DNA from: Auanema rhodensis
Taxonomy: Eukaryota; Animalia; Nematoda
Reading direction: 5' to 3'
DNA length: 64,000 nt
Assembly (NCBI GenBank): GCA_964057225.1
Contig: OZ059898.1
Coordinates: 11,532,001 to 11,596,000 of the forward strand
Of this stretch, positions 13,251 to 25,436 are shown piece by piece. The position numbers were made by a program, and so were the translations under genes. The stretch's first letter is position 1. Each line of letters starts with the position of its first letter. Under the pieces are notes generated by a model. That model did no database searches. It was not told where the DNA came from and saw nothing but the letters and a program-made list of their open reading frames with translations.

Positions 13251-15239
13251 TCCGTTTATATATTTCTTAGCATCTCTATGAATTTTAGTAATTCATATAT
13301 TCCACGCAACATCTCAGGGGATCAGAAGACTATCCAGTGTAAAATGATTTCAAATTCTCATATAGATTTGCCTAGGAGCGCATTGATTTCCGGAAACGGG
13401 TCGTCAAGACGGTTCTTTTGGTTGTTAAGCAGCAAAAAGCGATTGAAGACATTGGTCGATGCATTAAGCTTACTGATTTTCATGTAAAAATTTACACATA
13501 AAGCCATAGACTATGGGAATATATCAAAAATCTTCAAAAAGAAGTTGTGAAGAACTTTGTATGAGATGATGCAAGCAAGCGAAAGATTGAGAGAAAAAGA
13601 TAGAAGCAGTAAAGAGAGCGAATAAGAAGTTTTGAAGACGAGCCAAATGTTGTCCACAATCGGTGGTCGAAAAGACCAAGACATATGAGTGTCAAGCAGT
13701 GGTCCGCTTATTTTGATGCCATAGATCTTGTCTCAGTACAACGGAGCAGCAGCAACAATTTTCCAAAAACTCGACATCGTGATTTTGTGATACAAAATAT
13801 AGCCGCTGCAAGATTAAACACAAAAAAATAAAAAAATATATACAACGGAATCATCTCTATATCCTAATATTGGGAATAGAGCAACTGGAACTAGATGTGA
13901 ATGTGGAAAAGAATCTGGGAGCTGCTGGCCAAGCAAATGCGGGGTTCAGTCGAGCAATTCTGGCAACTAAATGCTGTCTTAAATATTTTTTTTGTCTTGC
14001 ATCTCAGTCTGAAGCTGGAAAATTTCCTTTGCAACTTCTCAAAGTTTCAGATCATAATGGTAGGCACAAGTTTAAGACAATGATTTGATGACGCCGAATG
14101 AAGAATGGAGAAAACGAAAGTTACATGAAATTTCGCTTAAAAGTTATTTGAAAATTTAAAGGAAGGAAAGAAAGATGAAGCTCTTCATCCGCTTATTGAA
14201 GATTCTGTTACCGGATCTGCTTCATGGAATACTAGGCATGTTTAGCTCCGTATGACAGCCATCTATTTTTAGAATTGAATACTTAATGGCCTTTAAACAT
14301 AACTAATAACAAATGACATATTGGTTTTAGATTGAACGGTCAATAAACACGACATATCATTACAGGTGTTTCTTCAAAAAAATCTAATAAAAACTTCAAA
14401 AAAAGGAGAAAAAACATCAATGTATATGGATGGAAGCTGAAGGTAAATATTCAGCAGCACCAGCAGCTTATCTAGCTTTTTTAACCACAATTTGTGGATT
14501 TGATATTTTTGTGCTGGAAAAATTTAGGCAGCTCTGAGAGCTACTCGAGAGTATTAAATGATACAAGTGAGACGAAAAAACTGCACAAATGACTAAGAAG
14601 AAGCGCTGCAAAGGCATCTGTCTGTTATTTCCATGAATATTACATAAACGGACAAAGGAGATGTCGAAGTAGAAGAAAGCGGAATAGAAGGAAGTGTCCT
14701 TTGGAACAACGAATGTAATTTGGAAGAAGCTCGAGTAAAATGAGGTACACCAGAGTCTATGGATGGAAATCCTCATCGTTGTTCATCCATCCAGGCTCAT
14801 ACAGAAAATTAATGATACAACGAAAAAAAAAAGAAGGATAGATAAAGTCGACGACAAAGAACTCCAAAAGCAAAAAAAAAGAGAAATTTCAATTTCTGGA
14901 TGCTTCAACAACGCTCACAAGTATACGAGACAGAGCTGACGAAGGTAGAGAGAGAGTTAAATTGATTTAATTTTTTCTTATTCATTCCTTCAAAACTAAA
15001 TTTTCACGCATTTACAAATATGGTAACATTCTATTAATCTGAGTGAATTGCAAAGCATGGACCAATGCAATTAGAACCTGACACAACCTCTTTAGTGGAC
15101 GGAAAGATATAAAAGGAACGAAAATGGAGCGAAAGTAGGATAGAGAAGGGATAGGAACGAGAAAAGGAGCCTAAGAGCAAAAGACAACCGTTCAAGAGCC
15201 ATATCACTGATTCAAATAAAATTAATATCTACATTTAAT

Positions 15240-15280
15240 TGACGTATTACGTCATTTGACGTCAACACGTGTAGTACGTG
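15240..15280. promoter_or_regulatory. Cluster of ACGT-core sites (CRE/bZIP and E-box)
   Basis: TGACGTA-T-TACGTCA inverted repeat, palindromic TTGACGTCAA, ACACGTGT and TACGTG within ~40 bp. Confidence 0.5.
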
Positions 15281-17180
15281 GGAATATTCAAAATATAGTA
15301 GTGAACTAGACATTCTTATTATTATTGTTTTTGCATAAGATATGAGAGCGTTGAAATAGGATAACTTTTTTCAATGCTCATGCAAGCTTCTGGTTAACAA
15401 AATAAAAATACGATGAATAAAGATTATTATTTTAATCTGTTCAATAGAATAAAGAATGATATGCGAGGACAATAACGAGTTTTTTTTTTGTGAAAATCTT
15501 TTACTCACTTCTTACTATAAGTTAGAAGGCTCTTGTGTACTTTAGGAAACAATAGAGACGATTGGGTGAGAGACATAGGAAATGGCTGGTCTACTCACTA
15601 TCTGACTGCGTGTGTATATGATCTATGCATGTATTTACCTATTGACTATTAGAAATTTGTAAATAAAAAGACGAAAAAAAATCAAATGGAACATTATTTC
15701 TTCCGTAAAACCGATTGAAAATTCGTTTTCTGGAGGGTGCAGAGAAAAAAAAGAAACCATGATAGGCAGAATAGTAGAAACATAGAAGAGAAGAACGGAG
15801 AGAAAGAGAGAGAAAGAGGTAGATTAGAAATTAGAACGGGCTTCACAAAGCAAGCAAGACAGAGTCTGTTGAAGAAGAGAGAAAGAGATAAACAGGAGAA
15901 GGTGAAAGAATGAGGAGGAATATAAAAACAAAAAAAACCACTATGTGATAATTGAGATAACAAGAAAAGTTAAAAAAAAAGTGAAATCGAATGAGTGACT
16001 ACTACTAAGAGAAATTAAAGCTTGTTTTTCAGCTCAAAAGAAATATCGTATAGAAAACTAGACATTTTAATTTGACTTGTCAAATTATTCGACTCAAATA
16101 TTGATGTCCAGGTTTTTAAGAACGAAGAAGAAGATGGATAATGCTAAATCATCTTGTTTTACTCATGTGTGGATCGTCTGTTTGTTATCCGTTTTTTTGA
16201 AGTTTTTTCTGTTCGTCTTGCATGCATAGGCTTCAGTTGCACAGCAGCACAAGTTTTGAGAAAATAAATCTCAAAAAAAATTGAAAAAGGATAGAAAATA
16301 ATCAATATAATGAAATTAGAATTTATTTTGATGAAGCTAAAAATAAATATTTTCATTAATTTCTCATATAGAAATTGAAAAAAAATATATTAAGACTTTT
16401 ATAACTGTACTGAATATGATCTTTTGCAGAAATGTGAGATGTAGACAAGCAGACTAGGAGTAAACTCAAAGCTGAAATACTAGACGAGCGTACAAAAAGT
16501 TTGAAGATGTAAGCTGAACATCAACTTAAAATTATATTTAAAAACTATATTATTTCTAATTCATATCTATATTTTATAATTATAAGGTTTTTTTTGGAAA
16601 AAAAAAACAAAAAAAAATGAAATGAAATTTTGATCTTCTCAACATTTCCGTGCCCGAATTTTGGTCGGATGTTCGTAATGTTGATACAGATGGCTGCAAT
16701 TTCTATATAAAGACATCGTTTCACATTGCCCATTATGACGAGGATATTTTCTGATTCAATGTAAGATTCGTATATATTATAGTTATGATAATCATAATAA
16801 AATAAAAAAGTTGTATGTGTAACATAAGATAAAAGGCGTTAAAATGAATTAAAAAGTCTTTAAAGGTGGGAACGAGTTGGAAAATGACAAAATTGAAAAG
16901 AAGAGCTGAAATTGCACAAATATATGAGATGTTCTTGTGGTTAAAATAGTGAAATAAAAGTTTATGCAATACCAGAAGCATCATAAAAAATGATTTTTCA
17001 TCGTTTATTTCTTCCAAAAAATATATTGTAATCTTGATGTAGTTCTTTAAGCTTCTATGTGTGTGTGTATCTGGAAAATGTTGTAATGACAGAAATCAGA
17101 AACATATGCTAAACTTCTCTTTTTTTCTTTAAATTTCTACTTATTTGAATAGTTTTTATGACTGAAACCTGTGTATGTTT

Positions 17181-17197
17181 GAGAGAGAGAAGGAGAA

Positions 17198-17236
<39 letters not shown>

Positions 17237-17270
17237 GAGAGAAAGAGAGAGAAAGAGAAAGAGAGAGAGA
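17181..17270. repeat. (GA)n microsatellite
   Basis: Imperfect GA dinucleotide run. Confidence 0.9.
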
Positions 17271-17854
17271 AATGGAGGAGAATGTCTCGGTTTCTTCCAT
17301 GCTGTTCAATACAAATTATTTTTTACTCAATTAAGACAGATTCTTTTTATCTAACATCCATTAACTTCTAAGTTCAAATTGAAATCCATCAAACAATTGA
17401 GAAAGGCAATATGTATCTCCTAAGGCTAATTGACACAAAACAAAGTTACAACAACATCACTATCTCTCTAATTATTTCTTCAATTTTTTTACTCAAAAAA
17501 TTATTCGAATACCTAATTACATATGTTTTAAAGACAATATATTATTATATATTAATTCTATTTCTGAAAATATTTTTAATTTGCACGCAAACTGAATAGA
17601 ATAATTTGTGAGCCAGCTTATCAAAGCTTTTAGTTTTTGGAAAAAAAAAGTTATGTGAACATCGCAGTGAGCATCATGGCTCGCTGCCGTGCTGAGGGGT
17701 GCAAGCAATTTCTCATTTTTACTAACATAATCATACTTTGCGGTTGCACTCCTCGAATATGAGAAGATTAACGTTTCATCAAACATAGTTCTTATTGAAA
17801 TTGGAATTTTTACTTTGGAAGCATAGCAATATCTAAATAGAAAAAAGAAATAAT

Positions 17855-18998
17855 TTAAGCTTTAATAGGTTGTATGAGTTCATCGAATAGATCTTCTCGC
17901 AATGGCTTCCATTTCAATTCCATTTTGGTTGAACCATCAACTGTTTTCAATAAAAAATTTCCGTCTTTATCTTTCCATTCATTATAATGAAGAGTAAGCA
18001 ATGTCTGGAAAGTTTTTTTCTTATTTAAAAATAAAATAAGAAAATCATCTTTACCTGAAAACCTTCTTTATCTAAAAGTCTTTGATTAGCAACAGAAGAT
18101 GTTTCAGATACCATACCATCAACGTTATATCTCTTAAAAATTTATAAGATTAGGTTTGACACTGAAATAACTTCGAGTATTATTGAAATACCTTCACTAG
18201 ATTACGATTCATATAATACTTTTGCATTGTTGATCCAATTCCTTTACGTTGATGTTCCCGAGCTACGCTACTCATTTCACTGAAAGACGATGAAAAGTAC
18301 AAAATGAGAGAGTACTTCTGATGTTTTACCGATGAAGTACTCTATGAACAGTTGGATCAACCATTTTCCAAAATGAATCATGAACAATGTTTGTAACTTC
18401 ATCTGAGATTTCAGTTATTAGTTTGTTAGTTTCTCCATATTGTTACCATGAGCTGCAGCCACAATATCAGTTCGAGTACTAGTATCATAATATGCTTCAG
18501 GTTCTTCATCTCTCAACCATAAAGAGCAAAGTAACACTCCTACCAAGCTACCGCTTACTGGAATAATAGTACAAAGTTTAATCTTCTTAGAAATGTCCTT
18601 GGTTCTTTGGCATAAAATGCCATATACAGTTGCACTAATGATGAATTATTCACAATTGAACTTCGATACATTGAATTTCAAAAATACTTCTTTAGAAATT
18701 ACAACAGAATATTTTTGAAAATAGCATGTTGTCAACTACCTTTACACCGGCAAACAACAGATAGTTCATCCTGTAAACATCGGTCAAGAATAACTTTCAT
18801 GACTGGCTTAAAGTCAACATCACGAATATTAGCGGCCTGAATTTCGTGTTAAACCAATTCTTTTCGACAATTTTTCTTTGCATAATATTGGTTAGAACAA
18901 CATACTCTATTCAATGGTTCATCAAAAAGATAATATTTCAAAAGAAATTCTTCGATTTCCAATCGATCTGACAATTCGGCGAAACGAAAATCGTACAT
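17855..18998 (-). CDS. GNAT-family N-acetyltransferase (arylalkylamine/dopamine N-acetyltransferase-like)
   Basis: Spliced product MYDFRFAELSDRLEIEEFLLKYYLFDEPLNR|AANI...GSLVGVLLCS...EMSSVAREHQRKGIGSTM...SETSSVANQRLLDKEGF...IKA*. It has the AANAT-type DEPLN motif and the acetyl-CoA motif QRKGIG. Confidence 0.88.
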
Positions 18999-20133
18999 TC
19001 TCAAATCTGGAAGAAGACGAAAAAAAAATATTTTCATATGAAAAACTGAAAATAAAACATGTAAGCAAGCGTATGCAAGAAATTTAAAACAATTTAATTT
19101 TTTTTTTCAATGAAATGTTTATAAGAGGTGTCTTGTCTAAAACATAAAATTTTTATCTGAGAATTATGAAAGAAAACTTATTTTTTTAAAATATTTAATA
19201 AAGACATGTACATATATATATATATGTTTAATTAATTATAAGAAATCAAAAAAAAATGATGAAGATTTGTTCAAAGAATATGCTGCATAGCAACACCTTA
19301 TGTAGCCAGCTGGACGTCTCTCTCTCGCTCTCTTGTCTTTACTGATTATGAGAAATTTTTTTCGTTTTTTTTATGATAACTGATATCATCTTCAGACATG
19401 GGACAGGTACAGACTGGTCGAAACAAGTTCCAGTTTCGTTTCGTATATTCTTCCAAAAATATAATTGGTTACTTACTCTTTATCTTGATTCGAGGAACAT
19501 AATCAATAAAAAAAAAGAATTCATGATAATTGAAAGTCAAGAAGGTTCAAGGAAACCGATTTCAGAATAGTTTTTTTGCAGAAAGACAGACAAAGTTCAT
19601 TGTATTGTAATTATTATACTTATATTTTATTATTTTAAAACTTTAAAATATTTATAATATAATAAAATTTATTTATATCAACTCTACATAAGAAATAGTA
19701 CATAATGTTTGAAAGAATTTCACAAATAACTAGGAAATGAAGATTTTGAAGAGTCAAATTCTCTTACATGTGCTAATAAAAATAATTTGTATAAGTATGC
19801 TTAGATCATGGGAAATAATGACTATTTCAATCAGTTTGTTTTCATGTAGTAGTATGTATCTATGTATATAATCTGAGGTTGTATGTATGTGAGAGTTGAG
19901 CAGTTCTGAATAATTGAGGTAAAACCTGAAACATATGTTGGAAATATAAGATGAAAACGACAAAATAATGCAAAGACATGAAGGAAAGGATTGATGAACA
20001 TAACGGAAAAGAAGAAAAATGATTATTGTTATTTTGTCATTAGTTCAATGAATATAAGTAAGGCCATGGAAAGAGGAAATCAAGATCACCGGAATGTGTG
20101 AGAAGTATCATTTGAAATTCTAATAAAATCCTT

Positions 20134-23100
20134 TTAAATTAGAAATCGGAATGCGAAGCATGATTCAATGAGTGCCTGAATTTGTGTGCATGAAGCTTGA
20201 GGGAAATATCTGCAAAGACAAAGTTTAGTTATATATTCTCTCAATCTCATCTAGAACCTCTTAGCTATTTGGCAATTTCGTTGTGTCCATTCAGATGGAT
20301 CAGTGATCTTGAAGACTCTGGTAAACTTGTTGATTGCAGCACACTGAAATTCCGAATGAAATTAATTCTATTTTTAGGTAATAGAGTACTGTTGTGAGTA
20401 ATATCAAAGCTTATATTCGTACTTAGAAGAAATTTTGAAATTTTGATATGAATTAGTAAACTTTGAGAATTTCAATTCACATGCTGTACACTTATACATG
20501 CGTCTATTTTTACATCCAAAAGATTAAACAACATCTATTTCATATTATTTTCAATAATATGGATTTCAGAAAAATAGGAAGAAGGCTAGATTTCAAGTTG
20601 CTGTTTCAAGCATTTACCTGAGCTGGTCGGAGACGATATTTCACACGTTCAGTTGTTGTAGATTCAGGAGTAGTTGTGATTGATCCGAAAACTATTTCTT
20701 CTTGTTTTTCCTTAATCAAGCGGACACGTTCCTTTAAATTAGAAAATATGTTAACAACTATTCAGATAATACTAAACCTCTTCCAATCGTTTATGTTGTA
20801 AAAGGAGCTCTTGTTGACGTGCTTCAGCTTCACGAAGAACCTCAGATCGTCTTTTCATGTCTTGTTCTTGAGCCAGCATTTCGTCTCTCCAACGATTCTG
20901 TCTTTCCTGCTCTTCAACTTCATTTTGGCGTTCACGAGTTTCTTCTTCTTGCTTTATCTGAAACAAACTCAGTTGACTCGCATTGTCTTTGAATATTACT
21001 TGTTCAGCCTTGATACGTTCATCACGTATTTGTTGCTCATACTCAGCGGCTTCCTTCAAAGCTTTATTGGCTTGCATTCTTCTGATTTCACTGATTTTAG
21101 ATATTTCTGATTCAACTGGAGCAACAACAACAGGGTTCAACTCATTTGGTGGTGTTACAGTTACTTCACTAGTCAATTGGACATTTCTGAACATGATGCC
21201 AATTAAACACTGAGTTAAATAAAGCTTACGATGGAGCTCCAAAGTTGGGACTAATTAGTGGAGCTTGATGTTGTTGGAATGTCTTGGTTGCTTCTCCAAT
21301 CAATCCAGAGATAAGAGAAGTGATTGGATCTTGGGATACAGATGGAGGCATATTATGACTGAAATAAGAAACAATTTGTTTTGCAAGTTGAAAAGAAGAG
21401 CTTACTCAATGGTTTGATCACCGAAGTTGGATTTTTTAAATTGTTCTCTAGCATTTTCAATGGCAAAGGAAAGAGCTGGTGATTCATGAGTTGTTACCTC
21501 GAATACAGATGGGGCTGTGGTTTCGGTAATGCTGGAATCATCATCTTCTACATCATCATTGTTTGAGGACATGGTGATGAAAGCAGGACCAGAGTCGTTA
21601 GCCTTCTCTTCTTCGGTTGTTGTGGTTTCTTCAGCCTCAGTAGTTGTTTCAGGTGCTTTTGTGGTAGTGGTCTTTGGAGCCTTGGTTCGGTTTTTACGAT
21701 TTTTCTTTGTTATTGGAGCAGCAGTTGTTGTTTCTTTCTCTGTAGTTTCATCCTCTGTGGTTGTGGTTGCACTTTCAGTGGTGGTAGTAGCTTCGGTGGA
21801 GGTTGCAGCTTCAGTGGTGGTAGTAGCTTCGGTGGTAGTAGCTTCAGTGGTAGTTGTTGCTTCAGTGGTAGTTAGGTCTTCAGTAGTAGTAGCAGCTTCA
21901 GTAGTAGTAGTAGCTTCAGTGGTGGTAGCTTCGGTAGTGGTGGTAGCTTCCGTTGTAGTTGGAGCTTCAGTGGTAGTAGTAGCTTCCGTGGTGGTAGTAG
22001 CCTCGGTGGTAGTAGAAGGAATTTCAGTAGTAGTTGTTGTAGCCTCAGCTGTGGTTGTAGAAGGCTCCTCAGTGGTTGCAGCAACAGTAGAAGAAGCAGT
22101 TTCAGTAGTTGTTTCGATAGTAGTGGATGCAGTTGAGGTTTCTTCATGTATAGTATCATCTTTGACATCTTTGGCATTCTTTTCTTCATGTTTCTTCTTC
22201 TCTTGGTCTTCCAATCTCTTCTTGCTTTGTTTTAAAGATTCCAACTTGTTTTTCAATCGTTTTACAAGTTGACGCCAACGTTCAGGAAGGACCTTGAATA
22301 AATATAATTTCATTTGAATCTATTGTTTGAACAACTTACAACTTTAGTTACTGCACGACTTGTAGATGTTGTAGTTTCAGTTTCATCTGCTTTTTCAACA
22401 TCTGTAATAGGATAATGCACAAATGTACTCTCTTGATTCTTACCAGCAGCTTCTGTTGTAGTTTTTACTTCAGATTCTGACTTCTTTTCAATGTCAACAG
22501 GCTTTTTAGTTTCCGCGCTATCAAGAGATGAAGAAAATTCTGGCTTTTCAACTTTCTTTTCGGATTTTTTCTTCTCAGCCTTTTCAGTCGTGGCTACTAC
22601 TGATTCAGAAGTAGTGGTAGATGTTTGTTCATCTTCAGTTGTTGTTTCAACAGCAGCTGCACTTGTTGTAGATGGTTCTTCAGTCGTTGTGGTAGCAGGT
22701 ACATCCTCAGTAGTTGTAGTTTCAGATGTTGTTGAAGTTGGTTCTTCTGTTGTAGTACTTGTTGCCTCAGTAGTTGGCTCAAGTGTAGTGGTAGTAGTAG
22801 TGGTTGTCGTCTCTACAGTTGTGGTAGAACTTTCAGTGGCAGAAGTAGTTGGAGCCTCAGTAGTAGTTGTAGTAGTTTCAACTGTGGTTGTGGTTGGAAT
22901 AGTTGAAGTTCCTGTTGTAGTTGGTACCGTGGTGGATACTGTGGTAGTTGGAACAGTTGTAGTTTCAGTTGTGGTTTCAGGAGTCGTCTCAGTGGTGGTG
23001 GTACTAGCTTCAGTTGTGGTGGTAGTAGAAGTAGTAGTTGTTTTAGTTGGCTTATGCTTAGTAGTCTTGTGTTTAAATGCAGAAGTTTGAGAGTGTGTTG

Positions 23101-24439
23101 TTGTGGGAGCTTTAGTAGTTGAAGTCACTGTGGATGCTACTTCTTCAATTGTTGTGGTTGGCTCTTCGGTAGTTGTGGTTGGCTCCACGGATGTTGTAGT
23201 TGGCTTCTCGGGAGTTGTGGTTGGCTCTTCGGTAGTTGTGGTTGGCTCTTCGGTAGTGGTGGTTGGCTCTTCGGTAGTTGTGGTTGGCTCCTCGGTAGTT
23301 GTGGTTGGCTCCTCGGTAGTTGTGGTTGGCTCCTCGGTAGTTGTGGTTGGCTCCTCGGTAGTTGTGGTTGGCTCCTCGGTAGTTGTGGTTGGCTCCTCGG
23401 TAGTTGTGGTTGGCTCTTCAGTAGTAGTTGTTGTGGTAGTAGTCTTGAAAACCTTTGCTGGAGCTCTACGAATTTCTGATGATGTTGATAGTTCGAAAGG
23501 TTGCTCTGTGACTGTTTCAGTTGTTGTAGGAATTGGTGTTGTTGGAGCAATTGTACTAGAAACAACCTATAAATAGAAGATTTATTCAAAAACAAATCCA
23601 ATTTCTCATTAAAAACCGTTGTAATCATTTCATCAGCAGATTGTGCAATCTCGTTCACAACACTTTCTCCTGTTGGATTTGGATCTGGAGCTGGGTGAAC
23701 GTCAACATCATTGTTTCCACTAATTATCTGAAACATAACTCATCAATAAATGTAATTAAGAATTAGATGAAGATGAGAAATACAGTTTTGTTGACCAAAA
23801 TATCAGAAAATCGACATGTAATCTGATAAAAACCTATTTCAAAAACTTTTTTCGGTTCTTCTTCTTTTCTTTTTTTTTTGCCAAAGTTATATGAGACTCA
23901 ACAGCAGTTTCATTACCTTCTCCTGTGATTGAACATCAAAGGGATTGGTGTTTATCTCTGGTATGCATCGGCATGTACAATCACATGTATTCTGCTTGAT
24001 GTTCTTTTTTATGTGAAATTCTGAAAAAAAATTAATTTTAGCAATATACATGTATATCATGGCCATCAATTTCAATTAATAGAATCATTTTTTTTTCAAA
24101 AATACATGATGGGGGGACAAATCTTTTTGCAAATAGCCTTGACAAGTGATGAGATGACCGATTTTGTGAATAAACTTCGTTCTATATTGCCAACTTTGAA
24201 CTGATTATTACATTAAAATGTGGTCAGTATATGAATGATTACAGAATTTGTAGACATTATTGTACTTTTATGTACAAAAATTTTAATTTTTCTTAAAACT
24301 TAAGTTTTAAATTTTGAAAATTAAAGAAGCATAAGAATTTATGAAAACCTTTTGTTCCATCTGCGTGCAGAGTCTTGCTGAGCATGGAACTAGCAGAAAC
24401 TAGAGCCGGTATTAACCACAACAATATTAAAATTTTCAT
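20134..24439 (-). CDS. dpy-6: Secreted mucin-like apical ECM protein with N-terminal CxCxCxC, Thr-rich repeats, coiled coil and C-terminal 4-Cys cysteine-cradle-like domain (DPY-6-like)
   Basis: Signal peptide MKILILLWLIPALVSA, exon 2 with CDCTCRC, long T/E/P-rich exons (23567-22340 and 22291-21406) and an E/R/Q-rich coiled coil. The last exons read QCAAINKFTRVFKITDPSEWTQRNCQIAKRYFPQASCTQIQALIESCFAFRFLI*. This architecture matches what I recall of C. elegans DPY-6; orthology is inferred. Confidence 0.75.
21770..22015 (-). repeat. Coding tandem repeat of degenerate EATTT(T) units (15-18 bp)
   Basis: Repeated GTAGTAGCTTC-type units in the second mucin exon. Confidence 0.85.
23150..23420 (-). 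repeat. Coding tandem repeat, 21-bp unit encoding EEPTTTT (~12-13 copies)
   Basis: Near-perfect repeats of GTAGTTGTGGTTGGCTCCTCG on the plus strand. Confidence 0.95.
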
Positions 24440-25390
24440 CTAAAATGATAAAGAAAATTAAAAAAATTAAAGTTTTTCAAATAATTGGAAGTTTAAAAAA
24501 GAAACAAAAATATAAAAATATGTAATAGTCTTATATATGGTTAGAGAAAAGATTTGAGAATTTCATATTGCAGCTAAAAATAATTTTAAAAAACTTTGAT
24601 TCATCAAAGGTTTTTTGGAATTTTAAAAATTCATTTCAGATCTGGTCAGTGTTAACAATGAAAAATAAATACAGAGCATTATAAAGATTGAAAGAAAAAA
24701 ATATTTTGAAACTGAAACATGAACTAGAAATTAAAAATTTCATTGAATCGGCTAAAATGAAAGGATGAAGTGTAGATGTAAATATGAATTTTATTCCAAA
24801 GATACTCAAAAGTTTTAAATGGTATCTTAAACGAGAAAAGGGGTTGGGTGAATAGTTAAGAGAGAGAGAGAAAGATAGAGGGAAAAAGACCTTGAAGATT
24901 CCGACCAAAATCGATAGATATCAGCTCGAAAATTTGATGAAAAACATCTATTGCGCGAAATAACGAAGTAAGTTAGATACTTAATGATGATCCACTTTTG
25001 TAATTCCACAAAATTTCGAAAAAATTTAGAATTTCAAGAATCGAATAAGGTTTGAAGGCAAAAAACCTCTTAAGCAAATAGCGAGATTTTCAAGAGAGTT
25101 AACGTGTATCTACACCCACGAGCTAGAGCGCAGTTCAATGAAGAATGTTATAAAATGAATTTTTTCAAATTTTTTTGGGTAAAAAACGATAAATAAGGAA
25201 GAGTATGTACTGTCCTTCGTCGGCAGAGGACAATGATGACCGGACACCGTGGGGTGGGGACATTGCAGCATCTCAGAATCACACTTGACACAATCATTTA
25301 GGAGAAAAAGGACGATTAAGGAATAGGTAAAGATGATTATTCTGCATGTGTGTCTCTGTGTATGTATGTGTAATCAACTGATAGTGTAAA

Positions 25391-25436
25391 AGGTCATTTC
25401 AGTGCTCAAGGTTGCTTTTCCGAATTAATTAGGTCA
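25391..25436. promoter_or_regulatory. Nuclear receptor half-sites, including a ROR/NHR-23-type element, upstream of the dpy-6-like gene
   Basis: AGGTCA at 25391-25396, and TAATTAGGTCA at 25426-25436 matching the WAWNTRGGTCA consensus, ~1 kb upstream of the mucin ATG. Confidence 0.45.

Noticed and set aside
13870-14088. 72-aa ORF with moderately coding-like composition
   Set aside because: It has a non-ATG start, no supporting splice sites and no motif.
10541-17309. Several Phe/Leu/Ser-rich minus-strand ORFs resembling membrane proteins
   Set aside because: They are explained by pyrimidine skew and CT microsatellites, with no coherent exon structure or motifs.
23150-23420. Regular repeat array as a possible CRISPR
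   Set aside because: There are no unique spacers; it is a head-to-tail coding repeat in a eukaryotic exon.
21517-23576. Long Val/Ser-rich plus-strand ORFs (21517-22272, 22491-23090, 23103-23576)
   Set aside because: They are antisense shadows of the Thr-rich mucin codons (ACN read as GTN on the other strand), with no independent signals.
23137-23736. ORF with SQPQLPR repeats
   Set aside because: It is an alternative frame of the 21-bp EEPTTTT repeat reached by reading through an intron.
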